Notes under the pieces: model-generated
Database searches by the model: none
What the model was told of the DNA's origin: nothing
The model's input: the letters and a program-made list of their open reading frames with translations, nothing else
Shown: positions 52,080-61,620 of the stretch, one piece after another
Layout: every line of letters begins with the position of its first letter
Numbering within the stretch: the first letter of the stretch is position 1
Made by a program: the position numbers and the translations under genes
NCBI GenBank assembly: GCA_050261115.1
Contig: JBLNCY010000010.1
Location: 64,001 to 128,000 of the forward strand
Reading direction: 5' to 3'
Length of the DNA stretch: 64,000 nt
DNA from: Methanocella sp.
GTDB taxonomy: Archaea; Thermoproteota; Bathyarchaeia; Bathyarchaeales; Bathycorpusculaceae

Positions 52080-52670
52080 ATGCAGTCAAACAGCAAAAAT
52101 AGGCTCCCGCCCGACCAAAAGGCCACTGACCACATACTCCGCTGGGGAACCGAACATCCCGGCATAACCAGCACCAACCCACAAATCAACACCCAAACCT
52201 ACACTCTAACAATCGAAGGCGAAGTTAAACACCCCACAACGCTTAGCTGGAACGAATTCTTAGCACTGCCCCAAACCGTTTCAGTAAGCGACTTCCACTG
52301 CGTCGAAGGCTGGAGCGTACTGGACTGCAAATGGGAGGGCGTACGCATTCGCGACATAGAAGCATTGGTAAAGCCCCATGAGGTAGCGCGGGCAGTAACG
52401 TTTGAATGCGCTGACGGCTATACCACATCACTGTATCGAACCGAACTATCCGGCGACGACGTGCTACTCGCGCATAAACTAAACGACGCCCCCTTGGAGG
52501 AGGGTTTGGGGTATCCAGTTAGGCTTGTTGTGCCAAGCAAGTATGCTTACAAAAGTGCGCTCTGGGTGGTAAAGGTGCGGTTTACACGGGGGAAGGAGCT
52601 TGGGTTCTGGGAGCGGCGGGGTTATAGTGACCGTGCGGACGTATGGAAAAACGATCGCTTCAGCCGCTAA
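52080..52670 (+). CDS. Sulfite-oxidase-family molybdopterin oxidoreductase (YuiH-like)
   Basis: RLPPDQ, DFHCVEGWS, GYPVRLVVP..YAYKSA, GFWE. Confidence 0.9.
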   Translation: MQSNSKNRLPPDQKATDHILRWGTEHPGITSTNPQINTQTYTLTIEGEVKHPTTLSWNEFLALPQTVSVSDFHCVEGWSVLDCKWEGVRIRDIEALVKPHEVARAVTFECADGYTTSLYRTELSGDDVLLAHKLNDAPLEEGLGYPVRLVVPSKYAYKSALWVVKVRFTRGKELGFWERRGYSDRADVWKNDRFSR

Positions 52671-52812
52671 TGATGGGCGTTTCGATTAAATCACAAAGAC
52701 ATGCTCGCAAGGTGTTTTTGAAAGTCAGAAAATGTAATGTTATTGCATATTGGTGAGTAGATAAGGTTTATTAGTTGTCTATGATACTGATGTGAATTCC
52801 AAGGGGTGTAAT

Positions 52813-52929
52813 ATGGTGACCAAGCAGAACTCAAAGGCAAAGAAAGCCGCAGCCAAAGAAAACAGCAAAACGGTGGCCAAGAAACGCAAAGAGGACGCCC
52901 AAAAAGCTCTCTACATAACACGAATCTAA
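52813..52929 (+). CDS. 38-aa Lys/Ala-rich basic peptide
   Basis: AGGGGTG SD then MVTKQNSKAKKAAAKENSKTVAKKRKEDAQKALYITRI. Confidence 0.55.
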   Translation: MVTKQNSKAKKAAAKENSKTVAKKRKEDAQKALYITRI

Positions 52930-53116
52930 ACACAACAAACCACTTTATACATTCAAGTCGGCATTGTTAGGCAATTAGCAAGCACACAACCAATTCTCCT
53001 ATACTTTAACACGGCATTTCTCTTCTTTTAGCGTAGGAACCCCCAAAACCCCGCCTTTCAAGCACAAGGATAATATAGCAAACCTTGATGTTGATAGGCT
53101 GGAAGCGTGCCTCAAA

Positions 53117-54271
53117 GTGAAAAGCAAAGTAAGCAGCCTAGGATACGTCAACCGCATACAAGAAAACATCCTTTCCATAAAAAAGAAAGAGTTAGCCCCC
53201 CTCTATGAGGAGCTCCGAGCCGCAGACTGCGTCATATGCGGAGGCAGCGGACGATCACTTTACTCATTAAACGCCGCCATGAGCCAAATCGCTCTGGCTA
53301 CAGCAGGCTGGCGCAACAAAGTCGTTTTAACACCCGACGACCCAGGCTTCCCTGGAAAAAGCATGTATGAAGCCGCGGCCGATTTAGAGCGCCGGTACAA
53401 AAAAACCGTGCTGCTTATGAACAGCGGTAGCGGTTACAGCGACGATCCCCTTGTCATGGCACAGGATCTAGCGAAGTATATCGAAGACAAAAAATCCACC
53501 CGATTCAGCATGGGTCTATTAACCTCCGCTCCAGACTCTCCTTTAGCGGAAATCACCCAAAAATATGGTCAAGTTGTTCAACTCAAGGGCCGAGGCAAAC
53601 TCAAACCCAGCTTTGAATACTCCGAAACAGGCATGATGGGCGACATATTCGAACTCGGCACACTTGAATTACTAAACAGCATGATAGAAGCTATCTTCCG
53701 CAATCTCGACGTAGACGAAGTCTACCCGCTATGTGTGGAAGAATTCGAAAAGATGGGTGAAATGATCGACAACAACGTAAACAGCGAAACATACGTTAAA
53801 GTCGTTGACTTACTGGAAAAGCGCACCAACATTTTCCTCGGCGGCAAGGGTACCGCAAGCGAAATCGCCAAAATGACCGCCATTCGGCTCTTTCACATCA
53901 AAAGCTTCCTAGGCGACAACGTCTACATCACAAGAGGCGTCAACACACCCCACCCACGCGCAGGCGACCTCGAAATACTTCTCAGCTGCTCAGGAGAAAC
54001 CCGCCCAGTCATCCTCTGGGCAGACGTGCTCAAAAAATTCAACGGCACCGTATTTGCCATCACCAGCAACGAAGACTCTGCCTTAGCCAAAAAAGCCGAC
54101 CTCAAAATCATCCTACCCGAAGAAGCCAAACCAAGTTTCCCAAGACGCTTCTACACCAGAGCCGCATATGTGCTTAGCCCCTTACCAGTAAAGCTGGCAG
54201 AACGCCTAGGCGAGCGAGGATTAAACCTACCCGAATATATCATCAGCTGGTACCACAGCGTCACCCAATAG
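53117..54271 (+). CDS. Tandem SIS-domain protein (3-hexulose-6-phosphate isomerase-like)
   Basis: GGSGRS..NSGSG..MGDIFE and GGKGTA..SCSGET..ITSNEDSALAKKAD. Confidence 0.75.
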   Translation: MKSKVSSLGYVNRIQENILSIKKKELAPLYEELRAADCVICGGSGRSLYSLNAAMSQIALATAGWRNKVVLTPDDPGFPGKSMYEAAADLERRYKKTVLLMNSGSGYSDDPLVMAQDLAKYIEDKKSTRFSMGLLTSAPDSPLAEITQKYGQVVQLKGRGKLKPSFEYSETGMMGDIFELGTLELLNSMIEAIFRNLDVDEVYPLCVEEFEKMGEMIDNNVNSETYVKVVDLLEKRTNIFLGGKGTASEIAKMTAIRLFHIKSFLGDNVYITRGVNTPHPRAGDLEILLSCSGETRPVILWADVLKKFNGTVFAITSNEDSALAKKADLKIILPEEAKPSFPRRFYTRAAYVLSPLPVKLAERLGERGLNLPEYIISWYHSVTQ

Positions 54272-54324
54272 GTGAAAGGGAAAAGTCCTAAATAGCCAGC
54301 GCCTAACCTCATAAGCGATGCGGC

Positions 54325-55116
54325 ATGGATCTACTGCAATCCCTAACTTTAGGCTTCATCCAGGGAACCACCGAGTGGCTACCGATTAGCAGCACTGGGC
54401 ACCTCCGAATCGCAGAGCACTTTTTTGGTTTGTCTGTGCCGCTCCTTTTTGATGTTCTGCTACATTTCGGTACCCTGCTTGTAACGTTGATTTTCTTTCG
54501 CAGAGAAGTCATAAACCTCCTAAGAGCGCTCTGGCACCACGATTTTGGTTCCCCCGAGGGTAAACTCGTCTTGCCAATCATCGCTGGTTCAATCCCAACT
54601 GCGCTGATAGCTTTCCTGGCTGGACATAGCCTTGACGCTTACTTTAACACGTTGCCCTTGTTGGCGGCGGGGTTTGTTGCCAGCGGAGTTCTCTTGGTTG
54701 CCTCAAAATGGTCCAAAGACACCAAAGACCACATCAGCCTCCCAGTCGCCTTAGTCATCGGTGTCATGCAGGGACTCTCAATAATACCGTCAATTTCGCG
54801 GAGCGGCATAACTATAGCCGTCATGCTCATCTTAGGCATCAAACGGGAACTGGCGTTCAAGTACTCATTCCTGCTCTCCATACCCGCAGTAGTCGGCGCA
54901 TTAGGTCTCCAACTCTACCAAGAACACGGTGCATTAGCGGTTTCAGGCATCGGCTCCACAGAAATCCTTGCTTCCATGGTGGTTACTGTTGCTGTGAGCT
55001 TCTTTGCCCTAAAAATCCTGCAGAAATCTATAGCTGCAAACAAGTTCTGGCTGTTTAGCATCTACTGCTTTGCAATGGCCACGGCGCTGTTTGTGTTAGC
55101 TTTGTTGGGTTTTTAG
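54325..55116 (+). CDS. uppP: Undecaprenyl-diphosphate phosphatase
   Basis: QGTTEWLPISSTGH, PSISRSG, SFLLSIP. Confidence 0.93.
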   Translation: MDLLQSLTLGFIQGTTEWLPISSTGHLRIAEHFFGLSVPLLFDVLLHFGTLLVTLIFFRREVINLLRALWHHDFGSPEGKLVLPIIAGSIPTALIAFLAGHSLDAYFNTLPLLAAGFVASGVLLVASKWSKDTKDHISLPVALVIGVMQGLSIIPSISRSGITIAVMLILGIKRELAFKYSFLLSIPAVVGALGLQLYQEHGALAVSGIGSTEILASMVVTVAVSFFALKILQKSIAANKFWLFSIYCFAMATALFVLALLGF

Positions 55117-56517
55117 CCAAAACGGCTTCCCATCTATGAACGCGGTGAGGGCAACTGCAAAGTCTGCCTGCTCCACATATACCTTCAAGATGTCGGCGTT
55201 AGTTAGGATTTTAGAGTCTGCTAAGACTGCTTTGGCTATGAGGTCTGCTACGCCAGTATCCTTTCCGCCATTCTCGAGCTTTTCTCGGAATAGCTCGGCA
55301 GCGTCTGTGTATTTGCGGGGTAACTCAACAATCCAACGGCCGTCTTCAACGTAGGGGCCGGCTAATACGTTGTTTTGTGTGTATTTGGCAAGGAACTGGT
55401 CGCACTCGGTTTGGCGTTCGAGTGGTGGCCCAAGATGCTTTTTTACGTTGGGTAACTTTGCTTGTTCGAGTTCAAAGGTGAACACGCTAAGGGACTGTTC
55501 ATTGCTCCAGACGGCGTCACGTAGAACCTTAAAATCATATGTTTCTAGCAGGGTGCGCAGGGAGCGTTTGGTGCGGTATAATTGCCCCCAGAACACATCG
55601 GGAACAGCGACTACTTCGCCGACTACCAGAAACAGGAACGATGAGCAACAATGTTCCAATCGGTCCGCAAGCAAGTCCGGCGAGACGGCATGGGCGAGTG
55701 GGGGGTAGAAGAATTCCTGGGTTGGTGTTTTGAGGAATGCGCGTGAGGCCGCGATGAATTCGTAGAGTTTTTGTGTTTGAACCGCGGAGGCTACGTTTCG
55801 GCCTTTATCGACTGGATCAACAATAACTAGCGGCTCAGAAAAGAGAAGCTCAAGTTCTCGTGGGCGTTGGTTATAGAAGTTCTCGGGGTCGATTACTACT
55901 CGTTTGTTGTAGACGGCAAATGCTTCAATTACCTTTTGGAAGGAGCCATAGTGCATGGTGAGTAATTCGCAGAGGTACCCGCTAAATCCGCCGATCTTTA
56001 TTTCTGCGCCATACACACCGATGCCCTGCATGAATTTTTTAAGCAACCTAACTTCGTCACGTAACTCATCTGGAAGGTGGCTTTGGATGTAGTCGGTGTG
56101 ATAGGGTGTGCGATCTGTGGCGCTTTGCCATTCGCCAGGGGCGGTGTCATAGCAGGGTACGATGTCTACACGGAAGCCCTCAACAAAACTTTCCAGATAT
56201 GGGTGCTCAGCAAATCGTTCGGTCTGCTCTGCGTCTCCCGCCGCTTTTTTAGCGATTCTTAATCCGATGGTGCCAAGCTCTTTGCGGGGGATCGAGGTGG
56301 GTAGGCGCATGAATACATCGATGTCTGGGTTTTCGTCTAGGTAAGTGTCTTTTGCAACGGAGCCTTCGACTCGGACGATGGCGTTTATGCCCTCGGCTTG
56401 GACTGCCTCTGCGATTTGCCGCTCTATTCTTTGGCTTATGACGCGGATTTTTTCTCGTGTTTCTGGTTTAGGCTTGATTTTCTGTAGAATCTGTTGGGTT
56501 AATGCGTCAAGAGCCAT
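55096..56517 (-). CDS. cca: CCA-adding enzyme (archaeal class I)
   Basis: GSVAKDTYL..DIDVF, AEHPY, DRTPYH, GFSGYLCEL, DPVDKGRNVA. Confidence 0.96.
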   Translation of the reverse strand: MALDALTQQILQKIKPKPETREKIRVISQRIERQIAEAVQAEGINAIVRVEGSVAKDTYLDENPDIDVFMRLPTSIPRKELGTIGLRIAKKAAGDAEQTERFAEHPYLESFVEGFRVDIVPCYDTAPGEWQSATDRTPYHTDYIQSHLPDELRDEVRLLKKFMQGIGVYGAEIKIGGFSGYLCELLTMHYGSFQKVIEAFAVYNKRVVIDPENFYNQRPRELELLFSEPLVIVDPVDKGRNVASAVQTQKLYEFIAASRAFLKTPTQEFFYPPLAHAVSPDLLADRLEHCCSSFLFLVVGEVVAVPDVFWGQLYRTKRSLRTLLETYDFKVLRDAVWSNEQSLSVFTFELEQAKLPNVKKHLGPPLERQTECDQFLAKYTQNNVLAGPYVEDGRWIVELPRKYTDAAELFREKLENGGKDTGVADLIAKAVLADSKILTNADILKVYVEQADFAVALTAFIDGKPFWLKTQQS

Positions 56518-56529
56518 CTTTTTGGCCAG

Positions 56530-57105
56530 CTATGGACAGTACTCTTTGAGGGTTGTGTATGCTGGGCCTTTAGGTGAGAGCTGGCTTCTTTTTAGTTTTA
56601 GGCAGTCGCCGCGGATGTTGCCGAAGTCATAGTTTTCATGGCGCTGCACTAGGTCGACGAGGCGTTGTTTGTTTGCGCCGCTTCGAACTCGGGCAATGGT
56701 TAGGTGGGGTGTGAATCCTTCGGGTTCTGGTTTGAATCCGAGGTCGTGGAGTTGGGGCTCGAGTTGTTCCCAGATGCTTTGAAGTTGGGCTGCGCCGTCG
56801 GTTATGCCTGCCCAAACGACTCGGGGATAGTTTATGGTGGGGAACACTCCGAGTCCTGTTACCTGTATATTGAAGGGTGTAAATTTTACGTTTTTCATGG
56901 CTTCATAGACTTTCTCTACCATCTCAGGGGTGATTTCGCCAAGAAAACGTACAGTAATATGGATGTTTTTTGGTTCGACGAGTTTAACGTCGGCGTTTGT
57001 TTGCATAATCATTTTCTGTGCCGTTGCAATTCGGTTAACGACACTGTCGTTTGATAAGTCGAAAGCTATGAAGCTTCTTATTTTTTCGGACATACTCATC
57101 TTCAA
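56530..57105 (-). CDS. thpR: RNA 2',3'-cyclic phosphodiesterase (2H family)
   Basis: HITVRFLG and FTPHLTIAR. Confidence 0.95.
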   Translation of the reverse strand: MKMSMSEKIRSFIAFDLSNDSVVNRIATAQKMIMQTNADVKLVEPKNIHITVRFLGEITPEMVEKVYEAMKNVKFTPFNIQVTGLGVFPTINYPRVVWAGITDGAAQLQSIWEQLEPQLHDLGFKPEPEGFTPHLTIARVRSGANKQRLVDLVQRHENYDFGNIRGDCLKLKRSQLSPKGPAYTTLKEYCP

Positions 57106-57217
57106 CTGTTTTTAGAACTGAATCGATACATAAATTCTTTTATTAACAGCGATAGAGCGATAATTGATGCTCTGTTGCTTTTCCGTTTTGAACGGTGTAT
57201 ATGGCGGCTGGTTAATG

Positions 57218-57262
57218 GCTGTTGCTCTCACAGAGACTCCCCCTCTTATATATAGACAAAAC
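57218..57262 (-). repeat. Dispersed intergenic repeat, copy 6
   Basis: Reverse strand GTTTTGTCTATATATAAGAGGGGGAGTCTCTGTGAGAGCAACAGC; shares GTCTCTGTGAGAGC with copy 5. Confidence 0.8.
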
Positions 57263-57329
57263 GGGTTTGCTCCTGGTTTTGTGGCTCTTCCCCGACATGA
57301 TTCCGGGTTGGGGGCGGTATTTAGCGTGG

Positions 57330-57710
57330 CTATTTCTTTTTCTTTTTTTTCTCTTCTGCTTTTTCCTGCTGAACGGCTCTGTCAATCTGTAGCGCTAAAC
57401 CTTCAATGAAAAGCTCGATGCGGTCACGTGTGCGTCCAAAATCAGCCATAGACGTGATGGTTGTAACTGGCGTTTCCCCGCTGATTGCTACCCGTGTGGT
57501 CTGTTCATCCACCGGTGAAGCCTCAACGTTTAAGTTTGAGGGATATGCGATGAAGCCCTTCTTTGTTTTAATCTTAATTTTATGCGTGATATCGTCCTTT
57601 TCTAGGATGCTCCACTGCAGGTTTTTGACCACCTCGGGGATCGCCATCCAAACCTTCTGGAGGGGATAGTCTATCTCGATTTTTTCGTTATCTTCACGCA
57701 GGTATGCCAT
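57330..57710 (-). CDS. Hypothetical protein
   Basis: 126-aa ORF with GGTGA SD upstream. Confidence 0.7.
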   Translation of the reverse strand: MAYLREDNEKIEIDYPLQKVWMAIPEVVKNLQWSILEKDDITHKIKIKTKKGFIAYPSNLNVEASPVDEQTTRVAISGETPVTTITSMADFGRTRDRIELFIEGLALQIDRAVQQEKAEEKKKKKK

Positions 57711-57783
57711 GATAAGTCACCAGCCGATGCTTATGTGGTGTTCCTTTTTATTAAATGCCTAGCCAGCTCCCACAGGCTCGAGA

Positions 57784-58290
57784 TCAGGGGTCCTGAAAGA
57801 TTTGAAACTGCGGTGGCATAAAAGTAAAAACTACAAACGCGGCGGCTAAACTGATTAGCAACACCACCGCGGCCCAGCCTAGCTTTGGGGATAGTTGCCG
57901 GTAGGTTAACAGCTTGTAGCTCAAGAGCTGACCAAGAATCACCGTAATAACAAAGGCGGCTGCATCGACAAAAAGTATGCTGGCGCCGGTTAATGCTGTA
58001 TAGCTATAAGATATTAGTGGAATTAGCAGAACCATGAAGTAGATGCTGGTGGTTTTGGCGAGCCAGAAATTGTTGGCTAACCCTCTAAGCGGCCATATCT
58101 CGATGAGGGCAAAAAAGATCGCGGGCCAGACTACAAGTTTAATGTGTTCTCAGACACTCTCGTTCACCGCTGAGAAGACAGCGACGAATTCGCTGTTGCC
58201 AGAGAGTTCATAGGTGAAATGTAATGTGGAGCCCAAGATTGTGATGAAGAGTATGCCGACTAACTCGTAGAGAAGAATTTTGGTTTTCAA
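57784..58290 (-). pseudogene. DUF6512-family membrane protein interrupted by in-frame TGA
   Basis: TTG 58290 ..GSTLHFTYELSG..AVNESV*EHIKL.. (TGA at 58150-58152 where Trp is expected), in frame with ORF 57784-58035. Confidence 0.75.
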
Positions 58291-58383
58291 GTAAAAATGT
58301 CCTTTCTTGGATTGCTCTTAAGAATACACAAAAGTAAGGGAATGCAAAAAATAAAAGGATAATGTAGACTTAGCGCAGCAAGG

Positions 58384-58764
58384 TTACATTAGGGATTCTT
58401 TGAGTGCCGCAAAATAGTTGAGAACCTGCTTCATCTGCTCATGCGACATGGCAAGAGTCGACCGCACCGCGTCACGCTGCTTAATCGATGCTGACACCGA
58501 AAGTGTAGCAATCGCGTAATCAAGACTAGTGAAGAGTGACTCCCAGGGTATGTTGACTCGGCGACCCTTGAGGTTGTAGAGGGCAAGTACGTAGGCGCTG
58601 GCGCGGCTAAGGCTATCCTTGAAGGTTTGCATGCTATTGCCTATGGTTGCGGGGTCATAGTCTTGTCCCGAGATAAATCCTGCAATAATCCTATAGTTTT
58701 CGTTCATAACTTGGATTTCTGCAAGTATGTCCTGTTTAATCTTGGCTTCTGTGTCCATTGCCAT
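58384..58764 (-). CDS. Hypothetical alpha-helical protein
   Basis: 126-aa ORF. Confidence 0.7.
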   Translation of the reverse strand: MAMDTEAKIKQDILAEIQVMNENYRIIAGFISGQDYDPATIGNSMQTFKDSLSRASAYVLALYNLKGRRVNIPWESLFTSLDYAIATLSVSASIKQRDAVRSTLAMSHEQMKQVLNYFAALKESLM

Positions 58765-58815
58765 CCTGTATCGCTTCCTATTAGGAGTAGACAGGCCGAA
58801 GTAGATAAGACTTCT

Positions 58816-59490
58816 TTAGGCAAACAAGGTCTTACTGCCCGATCCTTGAGTGTCCTTTTCAGTTATCGCTTGACAAATAACGTCTGCCATTATCTTTGCG
58901 CCCTCCCCGTTTGGATGCACGCCGTCAAAGAAGTAACTGCGATCGGTTAAAGCAGAAAACAAGTCAATCACACAAAAATGCAGTTCTTCTGCTGTCTGCT
59001 CAATGGCAGGAATAACTTCTTTGATAAGCACTTCCCCACTTAAGCCGCCCCACTCACTAAATATCGGTGGTGGCTTAACCAGATATACCAAAGCTTCACT
59101 TGCCGACGCCTTTAGGTCCTCAATAAGCGTCAAGAGATCTGTCTTCAAGGTTACCTGCGAAGGGTCGCTGGCTGAGTTAGCGTCGTTTGTTCCCAACATA
59201 ATTACAGCAATATTGGGCTGAAAACGTTTTGCTTGGTCGAATGCTTCACTATACTTGTATGGGTACTCTGAGTTCAGTGAGACGGTTGTGCCGCATGCAC
59301 CAAAGTTCCCTACCTCATAACGCGAGCCAAGCGCCTTCTCGGCGAGTTCGGGGTATCCGCTGAGTTCGGTTATGCTGTCGCCTATGCAGGCTACTTTTAT
59401 TTTCTCTGTGGGGGATTTGTTTAGCTGTGTTTTGGTTGTTGCTTTGGCTGTCGGCATATCGGTGTCAATTAGTATTTGTGTGGTCTGCAT
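58816..59490 (-). CDS. SGNH/GDSL esterase
   Basis: CIGDSIT, NFGACG, MLGTND, DGVHP. Confidence 0.92.
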   Translation of the reverse strand: MQTTQILIDTDMPTAKATTKTQLNKSPTEKIKVACIGDSITELSGYPELAEKALGSRYEVGNFGACGTTVSLNSEYPYKYSEAFDQAKRFQPNIAVIMLGTNDANSASDPSQVTLKTDLLTLIEDLKASASEALVYLVKPPPIFSEWGGLSGEVLIKEVIPAIEQTAEELHFCVIDLFSALTDRSYFFDGVHPNGEGAKIMADVICQAITEKDTQGSGSKTLFA

Positions 59491-59777
59491 TTAAGTCCTA
59501 TTCGGTAGCAGCAAAGCTACTGTTGTAGCTGGGTGCGTCTTGGCGTTTTATGGTCTATGCTAAACGCTTGGCAACGTAAGCAGAGCGCGTTGGTTATCGG
59601 CATGTTGTTAGGCATATTTAATTATATGTCAAAGATCAACCTTTTGTCTGCCAACCACAGGAGCCGTTATAAAGCAGGCTGATATCAAGCTAAAGCAATC
59701 AAATGCGGATTTAAGCACAAACCAAAACTAAAGGTTTAAAGGCAACGCATATGCTTATTGTGCAAAAGGTGTAAAAT

Positions 59778-59939
59778 ATGCCAACTCACGGTTCACTCTC
59801 AAAAGCAGGGAAAGTCCGTTCTCAGACGCCCAAAGTAGAGGCAAAACAGAGAACATCTCCAAGCCCCAAAAACCGAAGCAGACGCAACTACGAAAAACGC
59901 GTAGTTCTGCAACGGAAAGCGGGCCAAAACTGGATGTAA
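59778..59939 (+). CDS. rps30e: 30S ribosomal protein S30e (below ORF-track cutoff)
   Basis: MPTHGSLSKAGKVRSQTPKV..RRNYEKR. Confidence 0.96.
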   Translation: MPTHGSLSKAGKVRSQTPKVEAKQRTSPSPKNRSRRNYEKRVVLQRKAGQNWM

Positions 59940-60025
59940 ACCCCACACTTTTTCCCCACATAACCCAACATTTCACAGCTTACTTTATTTATTCGTTAAC
60001 TCAAACCTACGATAGGTACCGCCAT

Positions 60026-61618
60026 TTGACATACAACACTGCCCTGCGAGAAATCATCACGACCCTACTTGCAATGGATAACCCCACCCGTAACGACGTA
60101 AACAAACTAAAAATCAAAACCGCAGGCAAATACCACCTCGACAAGGTCCCCTCAAGCGCAGACATAATCAGCCAACTCACCCCCCAAGAAGCAAAACAAC
60201 TCATACCCATTCTAAAACGCAAAGTTACACGCACCATAAGCGGTGTAACCGTCGTCGCAACTATGACAAAACCCTACCCTTGCCCACAACCCGAACCCTG
60301 CGCCTACTGCCCCGGCGGCCCAACCCTGGGCTCCCCACAGAGCTACACAGGCCATGAACCAGCCGCCATGCGAGGCTCACAGAACAATTTCGATCCCTAT
60401 GAGCAGGTCATGAGCCGCATAAACCAGCTAACACAGATTGGGCACAAAGTCGATAAAATCGAGTTAATCGTAATGGGCGGTACCTTTCCGGCGACGCCAA
60501 TTGAGTATCAGACGTGGTTTATTCAACGCTGCCTTGACGCAATCACCCAAAAAACCTCCACTAGCATGGAAGAGGCTATGGCAAACGCGGAGGTCAGTCA
60601 AATTCGCAATGTCGGTATAACGGTTGAAACTCGGCCTGATTGGTGCAAGCAATCTCATGTCGACGCTATGTTGGGTATGGGTGTTACCCGTATAGAGTTG
60701 GGTGTGCAGAATCCGAGTGACGAAGTCTATCGGCTTGTTGGTAGAACCCATACTGTTTCAGATGTGATAGAGGCTACTCGGATCGCTAAGGATGCGGGGT
60801 TGAAGATTGTTTATCATATGATGCCTGGCATGCCTGGCTCCAACCCACAACGGGACCTTGAGGCCTTCAACCGCATCTTCACTGACCCCGCTTTCAAGCC
60901 GGATATGATAAAGATTTACCCTTGCCTCGCCATCGACGGCACCAAAGCCTACCAATGGTACAAAGAAGGCACATACCAGCCCTACAGCACTGAGCAGGCT
61001 GCCGAAATCATAGCGGAAATCAAAAAAACCATCCCCCAATGGGTACGCGTCATGCGTGTCCAACGCGACATCCCAGCACGGCTAATCCTCTCAGGTGTAA
61101 AGAAAAGCAACCTTCGCGAATTAGCCCAGCAGAAACTCGCCGAGCACGGCTTGCGATGTCGGTGTATTAGGTGCCGTGAGGTGGGCCATCGCCTACAGGT
61201 TGACCGCGTAAAGCCCGACTTAGGTAAGGTTGAGATTCGAACCCAAAGATACGACGCCTCTGAGGGCCAAGAATTCTTCATCTCAGCCGAAGACCCCGAA
61301 AACGACGTGCTCTTGGGATACTTGCGCATGCGCATACCCTCCGCAAAAGCACACCGCCCCGAAATCACCCAAGTTCGCTCTGCAGTAGTGCGGGAGTTGC
61401 ACGTTTATGGTCAGTTGGTGCCGGTGGGTAAGCGTGAAGACAGCGCAGTGCAGCACCGCGGCTACGGCAAAGACCTTCTCTTGGAGGCGGAGCGTATAGC
61501 GGGTGAGGAGTTTGGGCTGGAAAAGCTTTTAGTCATTAGTGCATTAGGAACAAGGCGGTACTACATGCGCCACGGTTATGGGCGTGATGGAGTTTACGTT
61601 TCAAAAAGGCTGAAATAG
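60026..61618 (+). CDS. elp3: tRNA uridine(34) acetyltransferase Elp3
   Basis: RTISGV, CP..CAYCPGG, MGGTF, ETRPD, RELHVYG, QHRGYG. Confidence 0.96.
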   Translation: MTYNTALREIITTLLAMDNPTRNDVNKLKIKTAGKYHLDKVPSSADIISQLTPQEAKQLIPILKRKVTRTISGVTVVATMTKPYPCPQPEPCAYCPGGPTLGSPQSYTGHEPAAMRGSQNNFDPYEQVMSRINQLTQIGHKVDKIELIVMGGTFPATPIEYQTWFIQRCLDAITQKTSTSMEEAMANAEVSQIRNVGITVETRPDWCKQSHVDAMLGMGVTRIELGVQNPSDEVYRLVGRTHTVSDVIEATRIAKDAGLKIVYHMMPGMPGSNPQRDLEAFNRIFTDPAFKPDMIKIYPCLAIDGTKAYQWYKEGTYQPYSTEQAAEIIAEIKKTIPQWVRVMRVQRDIPARLILSGVKKSNLRELAQQKLAEHGLRCRCIRCREVGHRLQVDRVKPDLGKVEIRTQRYDASEGQEFFISAEDPENDVLLGYLRMRIPSAKAHRPEITQVRSAVVRELHVYGQLVPVGKREDSAVQHRGYGKDLLLEAERIAGEEFGLEKLLVISALGTRRYYMRHGYGRDGVYVSKRLK

Positions 61619-61620
61619 GC

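Noticed and set aside
59755-59976. 73-aa minus-strand ORF
   Set aside because: Antisense to rpS30e
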